Source: a virus (lineage: Duplodnaviria; Caudoviricetes). From it: a DNA stretch of 64,000 bases. Within the stretch, counting starts at the first letter, position 1. Each line of letters opens with the position of its first letter. The notes beneath the pieces are model-generated. The model saw nothing but the letters and a program-made list of their open reading frames with translations. It made no database searches and was not told the DNA's origin. This document shows positions 37,965-47,681 of the stretch, piece by piece. The stretch spans positions 1-64,000 of the IMG/VR virus record IMGVR_UViG_3300033417_000005. One strand, given 5' to 3'. Both the position numbers and the translations under genes were made by a program.

Positions 37965-38842
37965 CGAAGCGCTGTAACGTCCAGGATCTAAAAAGTATGT
38001 ACGGGCTGAAGAATTTGGATGTCTTCTTCTATTGGATTGGTGAAAGAGAAAAGATACGCCGGGCCAAGGAAGCGGGAGAGCCTAAGCCTTGGACCGAGGA
38101 TCCGATACTGCAAAAGTACAGATTCTGCAACGTCCGGAGAATGGACGACCGAGTAAGCAGGTGGCTCTTCGACCGCTGGTACGAGCCGGAATTTGATTGC
38201 TCGAATATGCTTACGGCGTGTACGATCGCTCGGCTGCTCAATCTGCCGGAGTCGTTGGAGGCTATTGGTTTTCCAAGACAGTGGAAACCGCACCGAGTAG
38301 AAAAGATACTGGAAGAGAGGAAAAAGCAGGGCTGCAAAACCTTCAACTCCGCCTACATAATCACCGGCTGCTTCGGGGGAAGTAAGATCCATCAAGTAGT
38401 CTGGTGGATTACGCAGCCTATTCACAAAGATCGCCACAAAATTGTGGATCGTACGAGCATGCGAGCTACTTGGCAAAATCTGCTGGCGTACCCCGGCATC
38501 AAGTCATTTCTAGCCGGGCAGATTGTGGCTGACCTGAGATGGGCGATCAACCACGAGTGGAAGGACCAATACACGTGGGCTCCTCTAGGACCGGGAAGCC
38601 GTAGAGGAATGAACAGGCTGCTCGAAAGACCGAAAAGTCGGGGGATGGGACAAGAAGAGTTTGATGGATACTTTGGGTCGCTGATCGAGGAAGGAAAAGA
38701 CAGGGACGGGTGGGTGCTGGCTGAAACTATGGAACGGATGGAGGCGATCGACTGGCAAAACTGCTTGTGCGAATTCGACAAGTATATGAGAGCCCTGACG
38801 GGACAAGGCAAGCCGAAACAGAAATATGCGGGGGTAGAATGA
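37958..38842 (+). CDS. 5-hydroxymethyluracil DNA kinase (aGPT-Pplase1 family)
   Basis: PWTEDPILQKYRFCNVRRMDDRVSRW; FLAGQIVADL; GPGSRRG; QNCLCEFDKY. Confidence 0.85.
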   Translation: MLAKRCNVQDLKSMYGLKNLDVFFYWIGEREKIRRAKEAGEPKPWTEDPILQKYRFCNVRRMDDRVSRWLFDRWYEPEFDCSNMLTACTIARLLNLPESLEAIGFPRQWKPHRVEKILEERKKQGCKTFNSAYIITGCFGGSKIHQVVWWITQPIHKDRHKIVDRTSMRATWQNLLAYPGIKSFLAGQIVADLRWAINHEWKDQYTWAPLGPGSRRGMNRLLERPKSRGMGQEEFDGYFGSLIEEGKDRDGWVLAETMERMEAIDWQNCLCEFDKYMRALTGQGKPKQKYAGVE

Positions 38843-39840
38843 ATATCAACCTGTTCTATTTAAGCGACGCACGCTACGGGGGTCACGTCACCTTTACCGT
38901 GCATCTAATGCTCGGACTGCGGGCTGTCGGTGCCTCGGCGTCGCTCTACAAGGTAGGTAAGAACACGGAAGACAAATGGCGTGACTTCGGTTACGGTAGA
39001 TTGTATCAAAACATTTCGCTAGTGGATGCTTGCAGGCTGTGCAAAAGCAAGCGCAGCGTCACTTTGGTTGTGGCAACCAACAAGCCGTGCGCGCAGGCGA
39101 TCAACGCCATGATAGATGCGGGGGCTAGAGCGGTGATCCATGATCCTGGTGAGTTTAAGCGAGGATGGAATTGGCAGAAGGTGCAGCGGCCTATTGTAAT
39201 CCGTGAGAGTATGCTCTCCTGGTTTGAGGACGCCGTGTTCCTGCTCCACCCTTACGATCCGTTGTTCGGTAAGATATTCGTAGCTCCAACGGAGGAATGG
39301 GCGGCGGTAAGCACGAGTAGAATAGATTTTGACAAGCACACGGAAATCTTGCTTGACGCGAATAGACTGCTTGATAAGAAAGACAGGATACAAATTTATG
39401 GGTTTGAAAATAGAATCTATACACGGTTTAACGTCGTACCTAAGTACCCGGAATGGCGGCAGTCCGTATGCAAGTATCCGAGAAAACTGCGTTACGCCGT
39501 GAGGCAGCTCTGTCACAAGGCTGCGTTCAGTTGCGACATGTCCATTATCAAAGGCGACGGTGGAGGCACGCAATATACGTTTTTGGAGGCGATAGACGCC
39601 GGGTGCGCCCTCGTTCTGAATCGCGGGTGGATTATCGACAATCACGTAATGAACCCCGACAGCAACTGTTTTGCGGTGTCCGATGGGGAACAGCTTGCCG
39701 GGCTCATCAAAGAGTACACACGAGGCTCGAAGATAATGCGCCGTAGGGTTGAAAGAAGAAGGATCAAGGCCCGCCGATTGCTGGACAAGCACCTTGCCCG
39801 GAAAGTAGCCGTTTCTTGGAAGGAGGAGTTACATGACTGA
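38839..39840 (+). CDS. GT-B fold glycosyltransferase
   Basis: YGGHVTF N-motif; DGGGTQYTFLEAIDAG resembles the GT4 ExxGxxxxEA motif; ATGA coupling to the kinase. Confidence 0.7.
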   Translation: MNINLFYLSDARYGGHVTFTVHLMLGLRAVGASASLYKVGKNTEDKWRDFGYGRLYQNISLVDACRLCKSKRSVTLVVATNKPCAQAINAMIDAGARAVIHDPGEFKRGWNWQKVQRPIVIRESMLSWFEDAVFLLHPYDPLFGKIFVAPTEEWAAVSTSRIDFDKHTEILLDANRLLDKKDRIQIYGFENRIYTRFNVVPKYPEWRQSVCKYPRKLRYAVRQLCHKAAFSCDMSIIKGDGGGTQYTFLEAIDAGCALVLNRGWIIDNHVMNPDSNCFAVSDGEQLAGLIKEYTRGSKIMRRRVERRRIKARRLLDKHLARKVAVSWKEELHD

Positions 39841-40624
39841 CGTCTACATCGCCCCGTTTTTTCGTAGATCGGGTGGACACGCCGTGCTTCATTGGCTCGG
39901 GGCGGGCTACAGCAACTACACGCTGGTAAGCGAGATTCCAGTAACTTATCGTCCATTGAAGAGATTCAGCAATGTAGAATGGAATGTCGACGCAGTGTTC
40001 TTTGCCGTGGAGGATAAGTTTATCGCTCCTAGAAGCAAGGAGTTGACTAGTCTTTTGGACACTTACCCGATAAAGAACCCAACAAGAGTGTTTCACGTGT
40101 CCATCGTTCGGGATGCGTACAACGCCTGCGCAAGCAGAATGCGCATTAGCGACAATTGGCTATGGCGGAGAAGAAGCCGGGGGTTGCCCGACGCTCCCGA
40201 CAGCTACTATCCCGTCCATGGCTACAACTCGCGGCTTCCCGCTCTGTGGCGGTCTATAGTGGAGCAGAGCATGGAGGAACTGTCTAGTCATGCCTTGATG
40301 GTAAACTTCAACAAATGGGCTAGAAGCGACGAGTATCGTTACAATTTATGCAAATGCTTTGGGCTGAAACATCTAAAATGTGAGAAAGGAAAGGAGCGGG
40401 TTACGAGGGAAGGAGGAGGAAGCAGCTTTACGGGTACGACTAAAATGCCCGAGCATTGGGAGCTCAAAAATAGATGGCTGGGATACGCCAAGGACCCGAG
40501 GCTTTTAGAGGTCGTGCTGAATAAAGAAATCAGAGAGATAAATAAGCAAGTTTTCGGCTGGTCCCTTCGACGAAACCGCGATGGAGACATTGAGAGTGAG
40601 GAGTGGCCCTGGGCAGCCTCTTAG
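39833..40624 (+). CDS. Sulfotransferase-like protein
   Basis: RRSGGHAVLHWL; SIVRDAYNACASR. Confidence 0.5.
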   Translation: MTDVYIAPFFRRSGGHAVLHWLGAGYSNYTLVSEIPVTYRPLKRFSNVEWNVDAVFFAVEDKFIAPRSKELTSLLDTYPIKNPTRVFHVSIVRDAYNACASRMRISDNWLWRRRSRGLPDAPDSYYPVHGYNSRLPALWRSIVEQSMEELSSHALMVNFNKWARSDEYRYNLCKCFGLKHLKCEKGKERVTREGGGSSFTGTTKMPEHWELKNRWLGYAKDPRLLEVVLNKEIREINKQVFGWSLRRNRDGDIESEEWPWAAS

Positions 40625-40648
40625 GACACAAATGAAAGGGTCTAAAAG

Positions 40649-40852
40649 ATGATTCCAAGCCTTGATGAATTGATATTACGCCTACGCCGGGACGTGCCGC
40701 ACCGGGACTCTATGTATGAACTTGCCCGACAAGTAGCGGGCTGTGAAAGGGGAACGGATGGGCTGCCCGTAAACACCGTGCGCTTTGCGTTCCAGTGTTT
40801 GGTTGTGCTGCTTAAACACGTTGAAAACGACCCTAAGAATCCGGAAAACTGA
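40649..40852 (+). CDS. Hypothetical protein
   Basis: 67 aa within operon. Confidence 0.5.
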   Translation: MIPSLDELILRLRRDVPHRDSMYELARQVAGCERGTDGLPVNTVRFAFQCLVVLLKHVENDPKNPEN

Positions 40853-40853
40853 C

Positions 40854-41612
40854 ATGAAATCTAAGATTCTAATCGTGACCCGAGGCAGGCCGTGGCATAA
40901 GCAATCTACAGCTCAGGCGCTCATGGAGGCTGACATCCCTTTCACCTTTATCCGCACTTTGGGAGACGAAGTATCCTTGTTCTGCGCAAGGCGTAAGACG
41001 TCCGCCATCTGGGTCGACGCTTCGAACATCGCGGTGAAACGACAGAAGGTGCTGCAACTCTACAAACGGTTCATCATGCTCGACGACGACCTGTCGTTCC
41101 AAAGGGTAGTTGAAGGCAAGGCGGTAAAGGCGGCCCCCGATGAGCTGGAGGCTTTATTCGCTCTCATGGATCAGTGCTTAAATACTCATGCTCTAGTCGG
41201 CCTGGAAAACCGTTTCATGATCCAGAACAAGGAGCAGCCGTTCAACAGCAAGTGGGGGAAGATGATCCACGCAGTAGGCGTAAATAAGAAGTTCTTAAAA
41301 GGCAACGAGCGGTACAGCCGCGTACCCGGCCATGAAGACATTGACTTCTTTTTGCAAGTGGCGATGAATAAGTGCCCCGTGATCATGATCTCCAAATATA
41401 CCCATAGCGACGCCGGGAACTTTTATCGGCCGGGAGGATGCAGTACGTGGAGAAACAAAGAGAATGACCACGAGCAAGCCCGCAAGCTCCAATCTCTGTG
41501 GCCGAGTATTATTACTCTCTATCCGGGAAAAGACGGAATTACTAGAGTCAAAGGAAACTGGAAAAAGGTGAGGGAACATAATGCCTCCGCTGCACAAAAA
41601 ACCAAAATCTGA
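40854..41612 (+). CDS. GT-A glycosyltransferase (TET-associated/TAGT-like)
   Basis: IVTRGRP; FIMLDDDL; EDIDFFLQ; GGCSTWR. Confidence 0.75.
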   Translation: MKSKILIVTRGRPWHKQSTAQALMEADIPFTFIRTLGDEVSLFCARRKTSAIWVDASNIAVKRQKVLQLYKRFIMLDDDLSFQRVVEGKAVKAAPDELEALFALMDQCLNTHALVGLENRFMIQNKEQPFNSKWGKMIHAVGVNKKFLKGNERYSRVPGHEDIDFFLQVAMNKCPVIMISKYTHSDAGNFYRPGGCSTWRNKENDHEQARKLQSLWPSIITLYPGKDGITRVKGNWKKVREHNASAAQKTKI

Positions 41613-42558
41613 CTACGTTCAGCATCCTCCGTTTTGTATTCAAATTGAGCTGACTGAAGGATGCAATTTACGGTGTACTTTCTGCGGCCTCAACGGAATC
41701 CGTGGCAAGGAAAACAACTTCAAGTTCCTTTCGGTCAGTCTGGCTTCAAGAATTGCCAAGCTGATCCGTAAAGATCGGTGGACCTCCCGGATCGAGTTTG
41801 CCATGCACGGAGAGCCAAGTGTAAATCCAGACTTGGTGGAGATTCTTAGGGTCTTTCGCCGTAGACTTCCCAACCATCATCTGATGATGACCAGCAACGG
41901 GGCGGGGTTTCTAAGAGAGACCACGAAGACGGTCGATGAATGCCTACGCTATTTGAACGTGCTTGCCTTGGACGATTACGAGGGAGTGAGTATTGTGACC
42001 AAGGTGATGCGCAGCTACAACGGCAAGCATAAGCCAGTGTACTATCCTTCCAGCAAGCATGGCAACCCGCATCGTAGGAGGAAACTGAGCGAGCATGACC
42101 TCGTGGTAGTGCAAGACATAGAACAGGCTACGCAAGGCACTCATAGCAGCTTGAACAATCATTGTGGCTGTGGCTCACCGAAGAACGACAGTGCCATGGG
42201 CAAGCGGTGCGCTAAACCGTTCCGGGAGATGTCGATACGGTGGGACGGCTTCGTGGCTCTGTGCTGCAACGACTGGAGGGGGTACTACAAGTGCGGTCAC
42301 GTAGAAGACAAGACCTTGGAACAGATATGGCAAAGCGCGGAGTTCATGGCCGCCCGGAGAAGACTGATACTTGGGAAGAGGGACTTCGGGCCTTGCGAAG
42401 GCTGCGACGCCCTGAGCTACCGACCGGGGCTGCTGCCGGATCAGAGGGGAAAGGTGCATCTGCCTGAGCCTAGCAGGGCCGACGAAGAGACCATTGCCAA
42501 GGCGCTGTTTGGAGCTTCCTACACGCTGCCCGTACTACGAGAGTGGGAGAGCGCATAA
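41581..42558 (+). CDS. Radical SAM/SPASM protein
   Basis: CNLRCTFC; HGEPSVNP; CAKPF...DGFVALCCNDW...IWQS...CEGC. Confidence 0.9.
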   Translation: MPPLHKKPKSDYVQHPPFCIQIELTEGCNLRCTFCGLNGIRGKENNFKFLSVSLASRIAKLIRKDRWTSRIEFAMHGEPSVNPDLVEILRVFRRRLPNHHLMMTSNGAGFLRETTKTVDECLRYLNVLALDDYEGVSIVTKVMRSYNGKHKPVYYPSSKHGNPHRRRKLSEHDLVVVQDIEQATQGTHSSLNNHCGCGSPKNDSAMGKRCAKPFREMSIRWDGFVALCCNDWRGYYKCGHVEDKTLEQIWQSAEFMAARRRLILGKRDFGPCEGCDALSYRPGLLPDQRGKVHLPEPSRADEETIAKALFGASYTLPVLREWESA

Positions 42559-42607
42559 AAATAGCCCGGCAACTCCACCGGGCTGTAAAACCTTGTGACG
42601 TTCCTTA

Positions 42608-43018
42608 CTACTTGGTCTTAACGCTCCTTCCTTCCTTAGTCAGAAACAACACCATGCCTCCCTCTTCCATGCTTTCCCGAGCTATCAAGCCTCGGGCTCG
42701 TAGGGAAAGACAGGGTGCTTTTGAGGCGTTGGCCCATACGTCCTCACGGGGGACGCCTCGCGCCGCGCTGAAGGCTTTCTGTTCCTTGAGGTAGGCGAGC
42801 ACTTCCAGCTCACCACTTGTCAGCTCAGCATCTTCGAGCTCGTCGGCTAAAGCGGCCACCCGATCTACACGGGGGAGAGGCTCTTTCACCGGCTGGGGCT
42901 TCTTCTTCTTTCCCTTTTTCTCCGGTACACTTTCACTTACGGGGGCGTTACTGCTCGAAGACTCGCGCTTTCTCCGTACGCGCTTTTTGTCCGTACCTGT
43001 TTCAGATCCAGTCGCCAT
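42608..43018 (-). CDS. Winged-helix DNA-binding protein (paralog of 56806-57252)
   Basis: VLAYLKEQ...REDVW...CLSLRARG...LFLT; GAGGAG RBS. Confidence 0.7.
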   Translation of the reverse strand: MATGSETGTDKKRVRRKRESSSSNAPVSESVPEKKGKKKKPQPVKEPLPRVDRVAALADELEDAELTSGELEVLAYLKEQKAFSAARGVPREDVWANASKAPCLSLRARGLIARESMEEGGMVLFLTKEGRSVKTK

Positions 43019-43080
43019 GATGTGGCTCCTCAAAAAAGAATAGTGGGGTGTTTAGGCTTTAGCAAGCCTTACTAATGGCC

Positions 43081-43109
43081 AGCCTACCAAGGAAGTTGTC
43101 ACTTTGCAA
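43081..43109 (-). promoter_or_regulatory. Early-type promoter P1
   Basis: TTGCAA-17-TAGGCT on the minus strand. Confidence 0.6.
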
Positions 43110-43157
43110 GGGGTAAAATGCCAAAAAAGAAAAACTTTTTAGCGAAGGAGATTTCCC

Positions 43158-43706
43158 GTGATTTCAAGGATCTTTGTGGACCTGGACGACGTACTGGTGG
43201 ACTTTCGGGGAGGCGCAATTCGGCTGCATGGGTGGGATCCGGCGGATTGCCGACCCGAAATGTGGGATATGTGTGAGTCGAGAGGAGTAACACAAGAAGA
43301 TTTTTGGAAACCTATTGATGAAGCCGGAGAAGACTTTTGGTACTTGCTGCAACCCCATCCTTGGATACACGAAGTCATAGAACTGGTGGAAAGGCACGTG
43401 GGTGAGGAGTGGTACATAGTCACCTCGCCGAGCAGGCACGTTAGCTCTTACGTTGGCAAGCTAAAATGGGTCAAGGCGTGGTTTGGCGCACAGTTTGACA
43501 GGATGATTCCAATGACGCATAAACACCTGCTGGCGGATTATGACAGAGTGCTAATCGACGACAGCCCGGATAACATTCTGGAATTTAATAATGCCGGAGG
43601 AATTGGAATTTTGTTTCCAAACGTCGGCAACAGTCTGCATGAACAGGCGCACAGTCCGATGGACCACGTTGAGGAAATCTTAACGCGGATAATGCAACAG
43701 GAGTAA
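43158..43706 (+). CDS. HAD 5'(3')-deoxyribonucleotidase
   Basis: IFVDLDDVLVDF; IVTSP; LIDDSPDN. Confidence 0.85.
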   Translation: MISRIFVDLDDVLVDFRGGAIRLHGWDPADCRPEMWDMCESRGVTQEDFWKPIDEAGEDFWYLLQPHPWIHEVIELVERHVGEEWYIVTSPSRHVSSYVGKLKWVKAWFGAQFDRMIPMTHKHLLADYDRVLIDDSPDNILEFNNAGGIGILFPNVGNSLHEQAHSPMDHVEEILTRIMQQE

Positions 43707-43712
43707 ATTAAA

Positions 43713-44900
43713 ATGGAACTCGTTTTTAAAGACGTAAACGATGCGTTTGCCGTGCTGGTTGAAATGGTGTTGAAAAACCAGATAGGAACCACGAAAACCA
43801 CGAGCCGAGCGGGCGACGTTATTGCCATCAACGAGCCGATGCTGATCACGTATGAAAATCCTTGCCATCGGGTGCTGTTCAACCCCTTGCGCGACTGTAA
43901 CTGTTTCTTCCAGTTGTACGAAGCCCTTTGGATGCTGGCCGGTCGTAACGACGTATCACCTCTGGCGTACTACAACCGGAGAATGACTGAGTTTAGTGAC
44001 GACGGCAAAACCCTCAACGGTGCGTATGGATATCGATGGAGAACTAAGCCGAGAATGCCTTGGACCGACCTGTACGGTGCTAGTCCTGCAAAATTCGCGG
44101 AAGTTCATTGCGGTCCGGTTCGGCGAGTTGACCAGCTAGATATCTTAGTCGACCACCTGAAGAAAACTCCCAACAGCCGACGTGCGGTTCTCCAAATGTG
44201 GGACGTGGAGGACGACCTTTTGAAAATAGATGAATCGAAGGACGTGAGTTGTAATCTCTCAGTCATGTTCAGCCTGAGGCAAGGAAGGTGTGAAGTCTGT
44301 GACGATTACCGAGGCCCGGATCAGGACTGTCCCGCATGCAACAGCGAGTCCCCCACGTTCTTGGACATGACGGTTACGAACCGCAGCAACGACATGATTT
44401 GGGGAATGCTAGGTGCTAACGTGGTACACTTTAGTTTCCTTCTTGAATACATAGCGGCGCGGCTGGGGGCGAGCGTTGGCCGGTATCACCAGTTCACCAA
44501 CAACCTTCACGTCTATACGAGTAACTGGCTGCCTCGTAAGTGGCTGAGCGTGTACGGTCAGTATCGCACGATGTACAGTCCGCCCAATACGCGGTACGAA
44601 GACCTTGCTTCGCTCGTGCCCCTCGTTGTAGACCCGGAACGGTTTGATCGTGAACTGCCTGAGTTTGTGGAAAGGCATAGTAAGGACGCGACCGGTGTTG
44701 CTTACAAACTCAACAGTGAACCGTTCTTGCAAAACGTGGCACAGCCTCTGTGTACCGCGTTCCATTACCACAAGCGTCGTCAGTATGCGGATGCCATGAG
44801 TGTAGTTCAGGAAATCCTAGCGGACGATTGGCGGATCGTTGCTACGGATTGGATCCGGAAACGGCGCTCGAAGTATGAGAGCAAAGGTAATAATGCCTAG
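43713..44900 (+). CDS. Thymidylate synthase homolog, probable dUMP hydroxymethylase
   Basis: GAYGYRWR; NSRRAVLQMWD; DVSCN; RSNDMIWGMLGAN; NLHVY. Confidence 0.85.
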   Translation: MELVFKDVNDAFAVLVEMVLKNQIGTTKTTSRAGDVIAINEPMLITYENPCHRVLFNPLRDCNCFFQLYEALWMLAGRNDVSPLAYYNRRMTEFSDDGKTLNGAYGYRWRTKPRMPWTDLYGASPAKFAEVHCGPVRRVDQLDILVDHLKKTPNSRRAVLQMWDVEDDLLKIDESKDVSCNLSVMFSLRQGRCEVCDDYRGPDQDCPACNSESPTFLDMTVTNRSNDMIWGMLGANVVHFSFLLEYIAARLGASVGRYHQFTNNLHVYTSNWLPRKWLSVYGQYRTMYSPPNTRYEDLASLVPLVVDPERFDRELPEFVERHSKDATGVAYKLNSEPFLQNVAQPLCTAFHYHKRRQYADAMSVVQEILADDWRIVATDWIRKRRSKYESKGNNA

Positions 44901-45651
44901 ACTAGTCAAAACTTGTGAGCTATGTGGAGGGGAGTTTAAGGCTGTAAGAAGAACTAGAAGATTTTGTTCCCGAGAGTGCTCTAGCAGGCGTGCTAGACCT
45001 AAGAAGCCTAGACTAGGCAAAATTTGCGAGTTCTGTGGAGAAAAATACAAAACTCTAAACAGCGATCGAAGATTTTGTTCTCATGAGTGTGCTGGTAGGG
45101 TGAACGCTCGCGGTAAGACTAGAAGACCGCCGACTACACAAGAGATAGAAGAGAAGTTTTGGAGTAGAGCGGCCAAACGAAAGAAGGGGTGTTGGAAGTG
45201 GACAGGTGGGAAGAACGGAGTAGGCTACGGAATATTTAGGGGCAGGTGCGCGCACCGATTTTCTTACGAACTGCTCGTAGGAGCCATCCCTGAGGGATTG
45301 TTTGTCTGCCATACCTGCGACAACCGGGAATGTGTTAATCCTAAACATCTGTTTGTCGGGACTCAGCAAGACAACATGTCCGATATGCGGGCGAAGGGAC
45401 GTGGGCATTGTCATCCGAAGGGGACAGTGTGGGGGATGAGTAAGATGGTCCAAAAGAATCCAGAATTGGTACAAGGAGAGAGAAATGGAAGGCATAAGCT
45501 GACGGAAGACGACGTTAGAGAAATTAGAAAGAGATTTAGGCAGTACGCTTATAGAAGGAGTAATGCTAAGCAGTTGGCTAGGGAATTTGGTGTTTGTAAA
45601 AACGCGATTTATCAGATTATAAGAAAGGCAGCATGGGGTCATGTCAAATAA
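44875..45651 (+). CDS. HNH homing endonuclease with N-terminal zinc ribbons
   Basis: Two CxxC...CSxxC repeats; VCHTCDNRECVNPKHL; C-terminal HTH. Confidence 0.85.
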   Translation: MRAKVIMPRLVKTCELCGGEFKAVRRTRRFCSRECSSRRARPKKPRLGKICEFCGEKYKTLNSDRRFCSHECAGRVNARGKTRRPPTTQEIEEKFWSRAAKRKKGCWKWTGGKNGVGYGIFRGRCAHRFSYELLVGAIPEGLFVCHTCDNRECVNPKHLFVGTQQDNMSDMRAKGRGHCHPKGTVWGMSKMVQKNPELVQGERNGRHKLTEDDVREIRKRFRQYAYRRSNAKQLAREFGVCKNAIYQIIRKAAWGHVK

Positions 45652-46192
45652 GCAATATGCGCCGGTAAAGACAAAGCGTGACTTCGTAAGGCGCTATCAA
45701 AATCACGAATTCGGCAACCGCGCCCCTACTTGGGATACGATAGAAGAGTTTAAGAAAAGCGATTGCAAGGGACTGGTGCATATCCGAAACCGTAATGCGG
45801 GCGGGATTACTTTTTACGACTTAACTAGAGAGGAAGCCATACGGCGGTGGAGTATTCTTGAGCCGAAAGAATTTTATATTTCTTTGATGGCCCCCACGAA
45901 AAAGACAATTCTTCAGGGAGAGTTGACTATCTCGGATTCCGAAGGTTTAACAGGACTGGTTACCACGGTTGCCAAGCCAATGCGAATTGCTCTAGCGGAG
46001 AAGGCTACGCAGGTGCGGGGTGTTTTTGTGAATGCTTTGCTAAGGACAATGCTCTGTCCGAACTCCTATGACTGGACAATGACACTGCTCGACCGCTATC
46101 CAGGTCACGTGATCGAATTCACTACGTTCTCTTGCGACTGGGGTACTCTGCCCGGATTCAACACGGTGTGGTGGGAAGTGAGAGACTTTTAG
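45641..46192 (+). CDS. Hypothetical protein (possible ATP-grasp-like remnant)
   Basis: C-terminal VIEFTTF...TVWWEVRDF; fold guess only. Confidence 0.55.
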   Translation: MSNKQYAPVKTKRDFVRRYQNHEFGNRAPTWDTIEEFKKSDCKGLVHIRNRNAGGITFYDLTREEAIRRWSILEPKEFYISLMAPTKKTILQGELTISDSEGLTGLVTTVAKPMRIALAEKATQVRGVFVNALLRTMLCPNSYDWTMTLLDRYPGHVIEFTTFSCDWGTLPGFNTVWWEVRDF

Positions 46193-46209
46193 TCTAACCG
46201 GAGAGGAAG

Positions 46210-46461
46210 ATGAACATTGAAAAGAAAAAGCTGTTTGATCCAGTTTATCAGGAGATTGAATTGAAATCAAGAAAGATGGCGAGGGAAATTCGCTGCCTGT
46301 GCCCGGAGTGCAAGACGGTCGTAAATGATCAAATTGTGAAGAATCTAGCGGCTGCTGAATTGAGCGGCACTGATTTGTTAGGACAATGTCCCGCTTGTTT
46401 GGCGAGCTTTACGCTGCGGGCGACTATTAAATGCAGAAAAACCTCAAGAGTGGATTATTGA
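46210..46461 (+). CDS. Zinc-ribbon protein
   Basis: CPEC...CPAC. Confidence 0.6.
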   Translation: MNIEKKKLFDPVYQEIELKSRKMAREIRCLCPECKTVVNDQIVKNLAAAELSGTDLLGQCPACLASFTLRATIKCRKTSRVDY

Positions 46462-46464
46462 TTG

Positions 46465-46504
46465 TTTCGGTCCATTTCGGTCCATTTCGGTCGGTTTCGG
46501 TCGG
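46465..46504 (+). repeat. Tandem (TTTCGGTCCA)2(TTTCGGTCGG)2
   Basis: Read directly. Confidence 0.85.
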
Positions 46505-46584
46505 TATTGGTGTGACGAGTGGCCCGAACTCGTGGAGTATGCGAACGTGGTTGACGCCGATTGACAAATTAAAAGGAGCGTAAC

Positions 46585-46872
46585 GTGGCAGAAGACCGCA
46601 TTAAAAATACCGAAGATGCGATGGCGACTATCGAAGACGCGATGGCGACTATCGAAGACGCGATGGCGATTCTTGACGGCATAGTGAAGGTTTTTCCGTC
46701 GATTGAAAACCGCTTGGCCGCATCGGAGTGGGCAATTGGAATACTCAAAGCAGAAATGGTTGACGTTACGTCACAAGTTGTGCTTTCGATGGGCCGGATA
46801 ACCGATATCGATAGGACGCATCAAATTATCGCGCAGCAGCTCCGTCTTGTGGCGGATTCGTTGGAACAATGA
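46585..46872 (+). CDS. Coiled-coil protein with three EDAMA(T) repeats
   Basis: AAGGAG RBS; 21-bp tandem at 46612-46674. Confidence 0.65.
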   Translation: MAEDRIKNTEDAMATIEDAMATIEDAMAILDGIVKVFPSIENRLAASEWAIGILKAEMVDVTSQVVLSMGRITDIDRTHQIIAQQLRLVADSLEQ

Positions 46873-47226
46873 ACGTCAGTGATCTTTGCAATCAGGTTTA
46901 AGGGCCGTAGGTGCGTGCTAGCGCTAGGGGGCCTCAGTGGCCCTTAGCCGTACACACCGGGCTAGGGCAGTGTTACCTGCCCCCACAAGCAAGCGCAGCG
47001 CTGTAACGCCCCTAGCGTAGGGCAGGGCGTAAATGGGGCCGCCTCAGTGGCCCTCAGCCGTACGCGCCTAGGGGCAGGCGTGGTATTACTGCCCCTTAGC
47101 AAACGTGCGTTAGGGCGCAAATGAGGGGCCGTGAGGGGCAAGCACCTTGCGCAGCAATTGTTACGCCCTTTGGCGCATAAAAACACCCCCACGGGCACTA
47201 CTACATAAGGGGGTATATTAACGGTG

Positions 47227-47490
47227 TCAGATAATGTTCTCTTCTACAAACTCAACAAAGCCTAGCCGTTGGGCGATCTTTCCCAGGTCGAAGTGATCCT
47301 TGTGCCGGTCCCAAAACCCACGGCAACAAAGAGCCTTGGAGTGATGGCAAATACGCCAGCCGTTGAAGTGTCCTTTCATGAGTGGATTAGCGATCTGTTT
47401 CTCCAAGGCTTGTAGGTCTAGAGGGGAATCTGCACGGTAGATGCAGGTGGCGCACTGTTTAGCTTGAACTTTCATAGATTTCTGTTTCAT
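47227..47490 (-). CDS. Cys-rich hypothetical early protein
   Basis: CATCIYR...CHHS...CCRGFW. Confidence 0.65.
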   Translation of the reverse strand: MKQKSMKVQAKQCATCIYRADSPLDLQALEKQIANPLMKGHFNGWRICHHSKALCCRGFWDRHKDHFDLGKIAQRLGFVEFVEENII

Positions 47491-47681
47491 CCAATAGCCT
47501 TGCTGGCGCGTACGTGTTCTTCTGGATCCAATGATCGCAGGTGCCGAATGCGTTGGGAAAAATACTCTCCCGATTCATCTTGGAAGATCGGGTCGCCGAC
47601 AGGGGCGAATCTCCACTTGTAGAGTAGTTGCTCGTACGACATTGCGTCAATATACATCTTCAGTTCGTCAGTCAGTTTCAT
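47487..47681 (-). CDS. Hypothetical early protein
   Basis: GAGGA RBS; coupled to neighbour. Confidence 0.65.
   Translation of the reverse strand: MKLTDELKMYIDAMSYEQLLYKWRFAPVGDPIFQDESGEYFSQRIRHLRSLDPEEHVRASKAIG

Noticed and set aside
46612-46674. 21-bp tandem repeat as an array
   Set aside because: No spacers; in-frame coding expansion (EDAMATI).
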